Assembly: GCA_963715335.1 (NCBI GenBank) | Contig: CAVQRZ010000022.1 | Location: 64,001 to 128,000, forward strand | Direction of reading: 5' to 3' | Length of the DNA stretch: 64,000 bases | Origin: an uncultured delta proteobacterium | GTDB taxonomy: Bacteria > Desulfobacterota > Desulfuromonadia > Desulfuromonadales > BM103 | Shown: one piece after another, positions 24,465 to 34,264 of the stretch | How the letters are laid out: each line of letters begins with the position of its first letter | Numbering within the stretch: position 1 is the first letter of the stretch | Notes under the pieces: model-generated | The model's database searches: none | The model's input: only the letters and a program-made list of their open reading frames with translations | What the model was told of the DNA's origin: nothing | Translations under genes and position numbers: made by a program

Positions 24465-25724
24465 TCAAGCACCATCAATCTCTTTGCGGAGGAGGTCTTC
24501 AAGACGGCCCAGCTCAACTTCATCCTGACGGCTTTCATCCATATACCGCAACTGCGCCACTCCGCGTTGCAGTTCGTCTTCGCCGAGAATCAGAACCCTC
24601 TTCGCCTTGAGTTTGTCGGCGCGACGCAACTGGGCCTTCAGGCTCTTGCCGGTATATTCCATCTCAACCGGGATGCCACGGCGCTGCAGTTGCGTCAGCA
24701 GGGAGAAACCGGCGTTGGTGGCCGCTTCGCCGAGGGTTGCGATAAAGAGCTCCGGACGGGGTGGCTCGATGCTCTGTTCGCCAAGCATCAGGGCCAGTCG
24801 TTCCAGGCCGATGGCAAAACCGATTCCCGGAAGCTCAGGACCGCCCAGATCGCGGATCAGGCCGTCGTAGCGGCCGCCTGCCGCGACAGCATTCTGGGCG
24901 CCAAGGCTTCCGGTCACCATCTCGAAGGTCGTTTTGGTGTAATAGTCAAGCCCTCTCACCATGCGGGCGTTGACGACGTAAGCGACGTCCAGTGCGTCGA
25001 GATGGCCCTTGACCTGGCCAAAGTGTGTTTCACAGCCGATACAGAGGTTGTCCAGCATGGCCGGTGCTTCGACCGTGGCCTCCTTGCAACCAGCAACCTT
25101 GCAATCGAGTACCCGTAGCGGGTTGCTGGCGTAGCGGCGCTGGCAATCGGCACAGAGGTACGACAGGCGCTGATCGAGAAAGTCGGTCAGTGCTGCACGA
25201 TAAGTCGGCCGGCATTCCGGGCAGCCGAGGGAATTGATTTGCAGCGATACATCCGGAATCTTCGTTGTGGTGAAATAATGGCTGAGCATAGCCAGGACCT
25301 GGGCGTCGATTTTCGGGTCGTCGACCCCGATGACCTCCGCACCAATCTGGTGGAACTGGCGATAACGCCCTTTTTGCGGTCGCTCGTGACGGAACATCGG
25401 GCCGATGTAATAGAGCTTTGAAACCGGGTCCTGGGTGTGCAGTTTGTGCTGGATAAAGGCGCGCATCACCGGAGCGGTGCCTTCCGGGCGCAACGTCATG
25501 GAAGTGCCGCCCTTATCCGTAAAGGTATACATCTCCTTCTCGACGATATCGGTGGTTTCACCGATCGAGCGGCAGAAGAGGTCAGTTTTTTCAACCACCG
25601 GGACACGGATTTCACGGTAGCCGAAAGCGCCGAAAACCCTGCGGGCCTGCTCTTCCAGGTGCTGCCAGGTTTCGATGTCGCCGGGCAGAATGTCGTTCAT
25701 GCCCTTGATGCCGGTAATGCTCAC
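24465..25724 (-). CDS. hisS: Histidine--tRNA ligase
   Basis: KEMYTF, LRPEGTA, ERPQKGRYRQFHQ, VRGLDYY, GGRYD. Confidence 0.97.
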   Translation of the reverse strand: MSITGIKGMNDILPGDIETWQHLEEQARRVFGAFGYREIRVPVVEKTDLFCRSIGETTDIVEKEMYTFTDKGGTSMTLRPEGTAPVMRAFIQHKLHTQDPVSKLYYIGPMFRHERPQKGRYRQFHQIGAEVIGVDDPKIDAQVLAMLSHYFTTTKIPDVSLQINSLGCPECRPTYRAALTDFLDQRLSYLCADCQRRYASNPLRVLDCKVAGCKEATVEAPAMLDNLCIGCETHFGQVKGHLDALDVAYVVNARMVRGLDYYTKTTFEMVTGSLGAQNAVAAGGRYDGLIRDLGGPELPGIGFAIGLERLALMLGEQSIEPPRPELFIATLGEAATNAGFSLLTQLQRRGIPVEMEYTGKSLKAQLRRADKLKAKRVLILGEDELQRGVAQLRYMDESRQDEVELGRLEDLLRKEIDGA

Positions 25725-25746
25725 TTTAGAAACTCCGAATCTCTGG

Positions 25747-25814
25747 GTATCCAGAATCCAGTATCAAGTAGCAGGAACATGTCTCAACAAGACTCTGTTC
25801 TGGCTACTGAATAC
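25747..25814. repeat. Heptamer tandem repeats with an inverted partial copy upstream of hisS
   Basis: GTATCCA GAATCCA GTATCAA GTAGCAG GAACA ... TGTTC TGGCTAC TGAATAC. Confidence 0.55.
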
Positions 25815-25968
25815 AGTTGATCTTCATTGGTAGGGCTTTTTACTCGTTCCCGAGCAGCCCGTCAACCAGGTAAACGGCTGCGACGGTGTTTTTCCTCTTA
25901 GACCAGGTACGTTTGGCAGAAAAACGATGCGTGATTCGCCCCGGGCAAGGCAGCCTGGGCGTTTTGGA

Positions 25969-27342
25969 TTATGTGCCGCTTATCTCCGAGGCACTTCGTG
26001 AGACGTTGCGGTCATGTTTGCCCATATACATGGCCTTGTCCGCCAGTTCTATCATCTCGTTCTTGGTGGTTGCGTGGATCGGGTAGGTGGCGTGGCCAAC
26101 TGTCGCCGTCAGACGGCCGGTATTGTTGTGCCCGGTGGAGAAATCATAGCTCTCGATGGTGGCCCGGATGCGTTCGGCAACAATTTTGGAGCTTCGGGTG
26201 CCGGTCTCCACCAGAAGGGCGGTAAATTCATCACCACCATAACGGAACAGCATGTCGGCGTCACGGACGCACTCCCGCAACAGATTTCCCACCTGGCGCA
26301 GAACGTCGCTACCGATCAAGTGGCCATGCTCATCGTTGATCCCTTTGAAGAGGTCAAGGTCGATGAATGCGAGTGAAAACTCGAGGCCATAGCGTTCAGA
26401 ACGGTTGATCTCATGTTCCAGGGCGATGTGCAGGTAGCGATGATTGTAGAGACCGGTCAAGTCATCAATGTAAATCAATTCACGCGCACCATGAAACTGG
26501 CATGCGTTCTTGAAGCCGATTGCGACCTGCTCGGAAAGGAAGGACAGGTTCTCTATCGGCAAGACATCGGGCATCTCGGAGCCCCTGGGATTGCAAAGGG
26601 CCAGCGCACCATGTTCCTGGTTTTCCGTGTTCATCGGGAAGATCCACATGGTTTTCAGATCTGGGAATTCACTGTAAATGTCGGGATAGTCGGGAACTCG
26701 AAGGAGCGTCGCCTGCGGCATGACGGAGGTGTGCTCAATCAGTAAATTAGCCAACCTCCTGGCCTGATCATCGTCAAAATCCACCGCACCAATATGACTG
26801 GGTCCGTTCTGATTGGACAGAAAGGCCAGCCCTCGGCCCTGTCCCACTTCGTTTAAAAGAGTGCTTAGGGATTCCTGGAAGAGCGTATCGACATCGAGTT
26901 GAGCAGAGAGGTGTTGGCCCCTCTGGTAAAGCCGAATCTGGCTGTGCAGCAGACTGTTCTCGGCCAGCAGACGGCGCTGTTCGACACAACTCTTAATCGT
27001 ATGCAGCAACTGCTCGGGATTACAAGGCTTGATCAGGTAATCGCGCGCACCGCCTTTCAAAGCTTCGATTGCAGTTTCTACTGTGGCGTTGCCGGTGGCC
27101 AGGATGATGTCCGGAGCCGGATTGATGGAACGGGTGCGGCGGATCAACTCCAGACCGCAGACTTCCGGCATGACCATGTCAGTGAGGATGACGTCGACCT
27201 GCTTGCGAGCCAGGTAGTCGAGGGCTGTTTTGCCTGAATCGACCGCCTCTATTTCATACCGGTCGCCTTCCGCAAGGATTTCGGTGAACAGGCGTCTGAA
27301 GAACACCTCGTCGTCGACAATCAGAATTCGTGGTTTTGACAT
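25969..27342 (-). CDS. Response regulator diguanylate cyclase (REC-GAF-like-GGDEF)
   Basis: ILIVDDE, LTDMVMP, IKP; DDLTGLYN, RDAD I-site, RYGGDEF. Confidence 0.9.
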   Translation of the reverse strand: MSKPRILIVDDEVFFRRLFTEILAEGDRYEIEAVDSGKTALDYLARKQVDVILTDMVMPEVCGLELIRRTRSINPAPDIILATGNATVETAIEALKGGARDYLIKPCNPEQLLHTIKSCVEQRRLLAENSLLHSQIRLYQRGQHLSAQLDVDTLFQESLSTLLNEVGQGRGLAFLSNQNGPSHIGAVDFDDDQARRLANLLIEHTSVMPQATLLRVPDYPDIYSEFPDLKTMWIFPMNTENQEHGALALCNPRGSEMPDVLPIENLSFLSEQVAIGFKNACQFHGARELIYIDDLTGLYNHRYLHIALEHEINRSERYGLEFSLAFIDLDLFKGINDEHGHLIGSDVLRQVGNLLRECVRDADMLFRYGGDEFTALLVETGTRSSKIVAERIRATIESYDFSTGHNNTGRLTATVGHATYPIHATTKNEMIELADKAMYMGKHDRNVSRSASEISGT

Positions 27343-27389
27343 TTATCGCCCCGACTAAATAAGTCAGTACGCTACCAAACTCACTGAAA

Positions 27390-29759
27390 TTAGTCAATTC
27401 TAAAGCCTTTTTTGTTTGCGTGAAGCACCTGCCATTCCCCGTTCTGAAGGCGAAACCCAAGCATTCCCAGCAGGTCTGTCCGGTAAACAGGGATTTGTCG
27501 TTTTGCACAGGCTTCTATGGTTTCCCTGTGCGGAAAACCGTATGGATTGCCTTGCCCGGCCGAAACGAAGGCTACGGATGGCCTTAATTCTTCCAGGTAT
27601 AAGTCTGGGAAAGCGTGTCGACTGCCGTGATGGGGCAATTTCAGCAGATTGACGTTGCCCACTATACCACTGGCCAGTATTTGCCGGAGCCCTGCTCTTC
27701 CCATATCGGCAGTTAGCAGGACTCTCTGGTCAAGTTGCCTGGCATAGACGGCAATGGATCGCTCATTTAAGTCGGTTGCTTTCTGGTCGGGGACGAAGAG
27801 ACTGAGTTCGTGCCTGGCGTCCTGTCGAATGTACGACCAGCCTTCATCAAGCCTGAAAACCGGGATTCCATGCTGTTGCAGTGCCCGTTGCAGGCCTTTG
27901 TCGAGCTCTGTGGTGTTTGCGGCGTGGTAGAATCGTCCAACCGGGAATCGCTCAACGATGAAGGTCAGCCCGGCGGCGTGGTCCGGGTGGTTATGGGTCA
28001 GAACTATACCATCGAGATGGTCAATTCCCATCCGGCCGAGTGCCGGGGCGATCAATTGTTCCCCCGGATCGATGTTGGAGCCTGGCAGGCCGCCGCCGTC
28101 AACCAGGTAGTGAACGTCCTCTGCCAGGGACACCAGGGTCGCATCCCCCTGGCCGACACTCAGAGCGGTCACCTGGAAATCAGCCGGTCGGATGTACAGC
28201 ATGGATGCGGCAGCTGCAGTCGTGAGCAGAATGCAGATACGCCAAGCCAAGCGGCGTCGCACCGAGGGCAACGGCAACATGGCGATCAGGAGCCCGCCTA
28301 GCAGAGACAGCTTTACCGGGGTCATATACACAGGGATTGCCGCAAGCCACGGAACCTGGGTGATTCCGGCGACCCCGGCCATGGTAATATCCACCATCCA
28401 TGCGGCTGTCAGCAGAAGCCACTCGGCAGACGCTGCGTCAAGCGGCAGGGCCGCCATGCCTGTCAGCCCAAAGGGAACGGCACCCCAGGCAATCAGAGGG
28501 ATGGCAAACAGGTTCGACAGGGGGCCGGCAGGGGCAAACAGGTGGAAGTGCCACAAGGTTGCCGGCAACGTTGCCATGCTGGCAGCAACGGTGGTCAGCA
28601 TCAGCATCAAGGGCCAACGGAACTTTCTCGACATTCCGTCAGTCAAAGACCTCCAACCCGGCAACCAGGCAAGGATGCCGATGACCCCTGCAAACGAAAG
28701 CTGGAAGCCCGGTTGGAAAAGGGCCAGGGGATCGCAGATCAACAGGCATAAAGCCACGCTGGCAAGCATGCTGAAAGGCGGAGTGCGACGTCCGTATGCA
28801 ATCAGCAGTGCGACGCAGCCGACCATCAGAAAGGCCCGGCGTGTTGCCCAGGCGTTGCCTGTCAAAACCAGGTATCCCGCCAGGGGGAAGAGCAGGACGA
28901 CCGGCAGGATTCTTTGCGGTGGGCACCAGAGCACCAGGCGCGTGCTGCGGGTGTAGAGCCATCTGCCAACCTGGTACAGGAGTATGGCCAATAATCCGAA
29001 ATGCAGCCCGGAGATGGCAAACAGGTGGGCGATTCCGCTCTCAGACAGGATTCTTCGCTGTTCTGGCTTAACCCCACCCCGGAGCCCGAGCAGCAGCGAC
29101 TGCAATAAACCGGCTTGCTCCTCCGGTACGCACGACCGGATTGACTCTGCCAGATCAAGTCGCAGGTTCTCGACCAAGGCGCTCTTGCTGAGCGGGTGGT
29201 TGACCACTATGCCCAAATCATCGGCGGAGGGGATGAACCCGGTCGCATGAATTCCCTGCGCTGCAAGGTAAAGCGGATAATCAAATTCTCCCGGGTTGCC
29301 GAACCTGGCTGGTCGGCGCAACTTCGATCGCCAGCGGATGATCTGGCCGGGACGCGCCAGAAGGTCCCCCCCCTCAATGTACAATAGGATCTTGCCGCAA
29401 ACTTCTCTGCTACGGCCTTCTTCGAAGAGACGCAGGGCTTCTGTAAAAAGCCGGTACCCTCCCGTGCTCCTGTATTCTGCAGCCACGACTCTGGCCTCGA
29501 CAGCCAGGGGAAGATCACCTGTAAAACGACCGATGTGATTGCTTCGTACGGGGGCGGTCAGCCACTGGCTGGCATTGATGAAACCGGCAAGCAGGAGAAT
29601 TCCGAGTAACGGCAGAGTCGCCCAGCGGGACCGTCTCAGTGATAGCCAGGTCAGAAAGAGCAGCCCCGAGGTCAGGGTCTGACCGGTAACGCCCCACGGT
29701 GCGACAAAGCGCACCATGGCGATGCCGGTCGCATATGCGCCCAGCAGCAGGACGGGCAT
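27390..29759 (-). CDS. comEC: DNA internalization competence protein ComEC/Rec2
   Basis: NPGEFDY, GIAHLFAISGLH, GFQLSF, VGQGDA, THNHPDH, LPHHGS, GNPYGFP, YRTD. Confidence 0.93.
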   Translation of the reverse strand: MPVLLLGAYATGIAMVRFVAPWGVTGQTLTSGLLFLTWLSLRRSRWATLPLLGILLLAGFINASQWLTAPVRSNHIGRFTGDLPLAVEARVVAAEYRSTGGYRLFTEALRLFEEGRSREVCGKILLYIEGGDLLARPGQIIRWRSKLRRPARFGNPGEFDYPLYLAAQGIHATGFIPSADDLGIVVNHPLSKSALVENLRLDLAESIRSCVPEEQAGLLQSLLLGLRGGVKPEQRRILSESGIAHLFAISGLHFGLLAILLYQVGRWLYTRSTRLVLWCPPQRILPVVLLFPLAGYLVLTGNAWATRRAFLMVGCVALLIAYGRRTPPFSMLASVALCLLICDPLALFQPGFQLSFAGVIGILAWLPGWRSLTDGMSRKFRWPLMLMLTTVAASMATLPATLWHFHLFAPAGPLSNLFAIPLIAWGAVPFGLTGMAALPLDAASAEWLLLTAAWMVDITMAGVAGITQVPWLAAIPVYMTPVKLSLLGGLLIAMLPLPSVRRRLAWRICILLTTAAAASMLYIRPADFQVTALSVGQGDATLVSLAEDVHYLVDGGGLPGSNIDPGEQLIAPALGRMGIDHLDGIVLTHNHPDHAAGLTFIVERFPVGRFYHAANTTELDKGLQRALQQHGIPVFRLDEGWSYIRQDARHELSLFVPDQKATDLNERSIAVYARQLDQRVLLTADMGRAGLRQILASGIVGNVNLLKLPHHGSRHAFPDLYLEELRPSVAFVSAGQGNPYGFPHRETIEACAKRQIPVYRTDLLGMLGFRLQNGEWQVLHANKKGFRID

Positions 29760-29765
29760 CGCGAA

Positions 29766-29909
29766 CTAGCGTTCGATGCCTGGCGCTGCCAGAAGGGCAG
29801 TGGCTGAGGGGCTGGGTTGAATGTCGTTTGCCGAACTCACCGGGAAAACCGGTAAATCCAGAGCAAAGCAAAGATTGACGGCGTATCGAAAGATTGGATG
29901 CGGTTGCAT
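29766..29909 (-). CDS. Putative 47-aa leader ORF in frame with comEC
   Basis: AAGGAGG 9 nt before ATG; MQPHPIFRYAVNLCFALDLPVFPVSSANDIQPSPSATALLAAPGIER-TAG; read by hand, below ORF-track cutoff. Confidence 0.4.
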   Translation of the reverse strand: MQPHPIFRYAVNLCFALDLPVFPVSSANDIQPSPSATALLAAPGIER

Positions 29910-30139
29910 GTTGAGGTCCCTCCTTCAGTGAATATCAGTTGATAACATTTAAGGCTTGATTTTATCACAGCGAATCGGCCCTGGAAAGGCCTGTTTAGCA
30001 GGTGAAGGTGGCCGAGGGCTCCTTTAGTGCCAGGATGCTTGTCTCTCACCATCCCTGGCCCATGGTCCTGCTTAATTGTTTGTATGTCGAGGCCATCTTT
30101 TAGTAAACTCAGAGCACCCAATATGCGGAGAACCACACG

Positions 30140-31591
30140 ATGACATTCCACCGTTGCGTCTTTTTGATTCTGGCCCTGTGCGGCATGCTGACGTTAGCCG
30201 GCTGTGCTGTCAATCCGGTCACCGGTCAGCAGCAGCTCATGTTGCTCAGCGAGCAGGATGAATCCCGGCTGGGCAGCCAGACCGACCAGTCCGTTATCGA
30301 GCAGTATGGCGTTTATGAAGATGTCGGTCTGCAAAATTATCTGCTGGAGAAGGGGCTGGCGATGGCGCGGATTTCCCACCGGCCCGACCTGAACTGGCAG
30401 TTCAAAGTCATGGACTCGCCGGTCGTCAACGCGTTTGCTGCTCCCGGTGGTTATGTGTACGTGACGCGCGGGTTGCTGGCTGCGGTCAATAACGAAGCGG
30501 AGTTGGCAGGCATCCTCGGCCATGAGATCGGCCATGTCACGGCCAGGCATTCTGCCCAGCAATACAGCAAAATGATGCTGGCCAATATAGGCTTGAGCCT
30601 TGGTCAGGAGTTCATGGGGGGGTATGGCGATATGCTTGGCCCGGTCATGGAAGCCGGCGCCGGACTGCTTTTCCTTAAATTCAGCAGGGATGACGAACGT
30701 GAGGCAGATGCGCTTGGGGTCGAATATGCGTCCCGCTCCGGGTATGATGCTGCGCGTATGGCAGACTTCTTCATAACCCTGCAAAATCAGCCTTCCGCCA
30801 ATGCCGGGCAGGGCGCGCGTCTGCCGGAATTCTTTTCCACGCACCCCAACCCGGTGAATCGTGAAGCGAATGTCCGGGCCATGGCCGTCAACTGGCAGTC
30901 GCAACTGCCTGGCCAGAAATTCCTCGTCAACCGTAACGCCTTTCTCAGCCGGATCGACGGTCTGGTCTACGGCGAGGACCCGCGCAAGGGGTTTCGCGAA
31001 GGGGACTGGTACTATCTGCCGCAATACCGGGTCCAATTGCCGATCCCCGCGCAATGGAAACTTGAACGGGAGGGGAACAACCTGCAATTGACTCATCCCG
31101 ATCGCAAGGCCGTCTGCATGGTCGCTATTCGTCCGGATAGCCAGAGCACAGAGATTGTCGCCGGCTTCCTGAAAGCGACCGGTGCGACGGTACACGGAGA
31201 CCGTTCGATAACCAACAACGGTATGCCGGCCCGCATGCTGCTGTCGACGATCGCCGACGGCGACAAGCGCGCCGTGATTGTTTCGCACTTTTACCAGAAA
31301 GGCAGAGATGTCTTTGCTTTCCACGCCATGACGGGCGCGGCCGAGTTTGATGCTTTGAAAGGGCTGATGCAGGGGCCTGCAAACGGTTTTACCGCCATGA
31401 CTGATCAGGCCAGACTGAATCGTCAGCCGCAGAGGATTGCTGTCAAATCGGTTAGCAAGCCAACAACTTTGGAGGCATTTCTGCGGGCCCTGAAGGTTGA
31501 CAGTGAACTCTGGGCCGGAATTGCCTGGCTGAATGGCCGGCAAATGTCGACAGTCCTGGCTGCCGGAGAGCAGGTTAAAGTGATTCAGTAG
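30140..31591 (+). CDS. M48 family metalloprotease lipoprotein
   Basis: LAGC-AVNPVTG, VNAFAAPGG, LGHEIGH, FSRDDEREAD, FFSTHP; degenerate LysM-like C-terminus. Confidence 0.9.
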   Translation: MTFHRCVFLILALCGMLTLAGCAVNPVTGQQQLMLLSEQDESRLGSQTDQSVIEQYGVYEDVGLQNYLLEKGLAMARISHRPDLNWQFKVMDSPVVNAFAAPGGYVYVTRGLLAAVNNEAELAGILGHEIGHVTARHSAQQYSKMMLANIGLSLGQEFMGGYGDMLGPVMEAGAGLLFLKFSRDDEREADALGVEYASRSGYDAARMADFFITLQNQPSANAGQGARLPEFFSTHPNPVNREANVRAMAVNWQSQLPGQKFLVNRNAFLSRIDGLVYGEDPRKGFREGDWYYLPQYRVQLPIPAQWKLEREGNNLQLTHPDRKAVCMVAIRPDSQSTEIVAGFLKATGATVHGDRSITNNGMPARMLLSTIADGDKRAVIVSHFYQKGRDVFAFHAMTGAAEFDALKGLMQGPANGFTAMTDQARLNRQPQRIAVKSVSKPTTLEAFLRALKVDSELWAGIAWLNGRQMSTVLAAGEQVKVIQ

Positions 31592-31716
31592 TGCTATAGG
31601 CCTTTTGCCCTGCCCTTTTGGCAAATACGCGTCAGGATGTGAACAGCTTTTGCTTTTATTCATGGCTTGTACTATTTTGTTACTGAAGTCTCTATAATTT
31701 CGTTAGTTTGAGCGGA

Positions 31717-31732
31717 TGGCATGCAGTGCGCA
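31717..31732 (+). promoter_or_regulatory. Possible sigma54 promoter before cheY
   Basis: TGGCAT-GCAGT-GCGCA keeps GG-N10-GC. Confidence 0.35.
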
Positions 31733-31773
31733 TGCTGTGAACTTGTCAACATTTTATGGCTAGGGGAAAGCTA

Positions 31774-32145
31774 ATGACGAAGTGTGTCTTGGTTGTCGAT
31801 GATTCTGAAACAGTGCGTCAGGTTCTGCAGTTGACTCTCAACAATGCCGGTTTTGATGTCATCGAAGCGGAAGACGGCGATGACGCATTGGCAAAGCTGG
31901 CCAGCGCTCAGGCGGTGGATATGCTGATCACCGACTTGAACATGCCCAACATGGATGGCCTTGAACTGATCCAGAAGGTTCGTCAGGATAGCAAGCACAG
32001 GTTTACGCCGATCGTCATGCTGACGACCGAGTCGTCAGAGGAAAAGAAGCGGGCCGGCAGGGAAGCCGGCGCCTCGGGTTGGATTGTCAAACCGTTCAAG
32101 CCCGAACAACTCCTCAAGGTCGTCAAAATGGTCCTTGGCGAATAG
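31774..32145 (+). CDS. cheY: Chemotaxis response regulator
   Basis: VVDDSETVR, ITDLNMPNMDG, MLTTES, GASGWIVKPF. Confidence 0.9.
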   Translation: MTKCVLVVDDSETVRQVLQLTLNNAGFDVIEAEDGDDALAKLASAQAVDMLITDLNMPNMDGLELIQKVRQDSKHRFTPIVMLTTESSEEKKRAGREAGASGWIVKPFKPEQLLKVVKMVLGE

Positions 32146-32170
32146 CCCTGAGCTGCTTGTGATCTGATTT

Positions 32171-33049
32171 ATGGTTGATAAATCCCAGGAAGGCCCCTCA
32201 GTCATGAAAAGATTCGACGCCCGCCTGACTGACAGGGACTTCGAACGTTTCAGCAAACTTGTCTACGAACATTGCGGCATCAAACTCCCCCCTCACAAAC
32301 GGAGCATGCTCGAAGCCAGGTTGCGAAAACGTCTGCGCGCCAACGACCTGCATGCTTTTGAAGACTATGCCGAAATGGTCTTTGCCAGTGAAGCTCCCAC
32401 CGAAGAACTGGTCAAGCTGATCGACGTTGTGACGACCAATAAAACCGACTTCTTTCGTGAGCCGGCTCATTTCGATTACCTGGTACAGTCCGCACTGCCG
32501 TACCTGGTGAACAGCTTCGGTGCCGGGATCAAGCAGCCCCTGAGAGTGTGGAGCGCCGGATGCTCAACGGGCAAAGAACCTTATACCCTTGCCATGGTCC
32601 TCAAGGAATACCAGGCCAGGACGCCGGAGTTCCGTTTTGATATCCTGGGCACCGATATCTGTACCGATGTCCTGGAGAAGGCAGTGCAGGGGATCTACGC
32701 TGCAGTCAAGGCAGAACCGATTCCTGCTGCCCTGAAAAAGAAATACCTGCTCAAATCAAAAGATCCCGAAAGTCGTCAGGTGCGCATCGTTCCAGAGCTG
32801 CGATCCATGATACGCTTTCGCCGCCTTAACTTTATGGACGATAATTTCGGTTTCCGTGAGCCCTTCGACATCATTTTCTGTCGCAACGTCATCATTTATT
32901 TCGATCGGCCGACCCAGGAAATTCTCTTGGCTAAACTGGTCGACAACCTGGCTTCCGGACGCTATATTTTCCTGGGGCACTCTGAAACGCTGCTCGGGTT
33001 GAATCTGCCGTTAACGCAGATGGCCCCGTCTGTTTATCGTCGACTATAG
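32171..33049 (+). CDS. cheR: Chemoreceptor methyltransferase
   Basis: TTNKTDFFRE, WSAGCSTGKEPY, GTDI, FCRNVIIYF, LGHSE. Confidence 0.93.
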   Translation: MVDKSQEGPSVMKRFDARLTDRDFERFSKLVYEHCGIKLPPHKRSMLEARLRKRLRANDLHAFEDYAEMVFASEAPTEELVKLIDVVTTNKTDFFREPAHFDYLVQSALPYLVNSFGAGIKQPLRVWSAGCSTGKEPYTLAMVLKEYQARTPEFRFDILGTDICTDVLEKAVQGIYAAVKAEPIPAALKKKYLLKSKDPESRQVRIVPELRSMIRFRRLNFMDDNFGFREPFDIIFCRNVIIYFDRPTQEILLAKLVDNLASGRYIFLGHSETLLGLNLPLTQMAPSVYRRL

Positions 33050-33128
33050 ACCATCAGGCAACCTGCACGACCTGTTGTATATACTGATCTATCGGATTCT
33101 CTGTTGATTAGTTTGAGAGGAGGTCGAC

Positions 33129-34262
33129 ATGTCATCTCATAAGGTTCGTTTTCTGACACAACGATGGGCGACCGCCTTGACCGTGGCCCTGTGCCTGATT
33201 CTGACTGGTTGTGGTGAAGAACCACCGCTGAAAATCGGTTTCGTCGGCGGCATGACCGGCAGAGTCGCCGACCTGGGCGTTGCAGGTCGCGACGGGGTTA
33301 TCTATGCCATTGAGGAAAAAAACCTGGCCGGGGGCATTTCGGGGCGCATGGTCGAACTGGTTGCGCGTGACGATCGTCAGGATGCCGATGTCGCGAAACG
33401 GGTTGTTGGCGAGCTGATAGAGGAGGAGGTCATCGCCATCATAGGCCCGATGACCAGTTCGATGGCGGTTGCCATCAAACCTGTGATTGATGCTGGCCGA
33501 ACGGTCACGATCAGCCCGACGGTCAAGACCGACCAGCTCTCCGCACAGGATGATTTCTTTTTTCGGGTAACCGCCCCGCTCAGCAGCAACGCCAGACGCC
33601 TCGCTGAGCACGTCACGAACAATCTGCATTTGCAAAGGTTTGCGGTTGTCTATGATCTCTCCAACCGGGCCTTTACTGAAACCTGGCTCAATTTTTTCAA
33701 GGCTGCCCTGCAGGAGCACGGCGGTTCAGTCATCGCCGAAGAAGAGTTCAGCTCCGGCCCCGCAGTCCATTTCCTGCCGATCGCAGAGCGGATCGTGGCG
33801 CGTAGCCCTGAGGGAGTGCTCATGCTCGGCAATGCCATCGACACGGCACTTCTCGCCCAGCAGCTCAGCAAGCTGGGAAGTCGAATGCCCCTGTTCTGTT
33901 CGGAGTGGGCGTGCACGACCGACCTGATCAGCTTCGGCGGGCGTGCCGTCGACGGGATGTCTTCGTTCCACAGTTTCAATGCCAACAGTGAGAACCCACG
34001 CTATCTTGAGTTCAGGGAGAAGTTCATCCAACGGTTCGGTTATGCCCCCGCCTTTGCCAACGTGCTGGCCTACGATGCCGCTTCATTTCTGTTTGCCGCA
34101 CTGGCCAACAATCCGGGCCGGGAAGAATTGAAAAAATCGTTGCTGGAGATCGGTTCCTACCAGGGGTTGCAGTCGCAGTTCAAGATTGACCAGTACGGTG
34201 ATGTTGAAAGGCTGCTCTTCCTGACCATAGTAGATGACGGCCAGTTCAAGGTTGTAGATTGA
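33129..34262 (+). CDS. LivK-like periplasmic binding lipoprotein (no transporter adjacent)
   Basis: Lipobox LTGC, PLKIGFVG, GGISGRMVELVARDD, IIGPMTSS, LAYDAA. Confidence 0.85.
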   Translation: MSSHKVRFLTQRWATALTVALCLILTGCGEEPPLKIGFVGGMTGRVADLGVAGRDGVIYAIEEKNLAGGISGRMVELVARDDRQDADVAKRVVGELIEEEVIAIIGPMTSSMAVAIKPVIDAGRTVTISPTVKTDQLSAQDDFFFRVTAPLSSNARRLAEHVTNNLHLQRFAVVYDLSNRAFTETWLNFFKAALQEHGGSVIAEEEFSSGPAVHFLPIAERIVARSPEGVLMLGNAIDTALLAQQLSKLGSRMPLFCSEWACTTDLISFGGRAVDGMSSFHSFNANSENPRYLEFREKFIQRFGYAPAFANVLAYDAASFLFAALANNPGREELKKSLLEIGSYQGLQSQFKIDQYGDVERLLFLTIVDDGQFKVVD

Positions 34263-34264
34263 TC

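Noticed and set aside
30194..31663. 489-aa antisense ORF (likewise 19851-21290, 43670-45247, 48000-49025, 61489-62826)
   Set aside because: Shadow frames of well-supported genes, expected from GC-rich codon bias; no recognisable motifs
32570..32585. CheR motif GKEPY instead of GEEPY
   Set aside because: The first position varies in the family and the other SAM-binding motifs are intact; not enough to call it inactive
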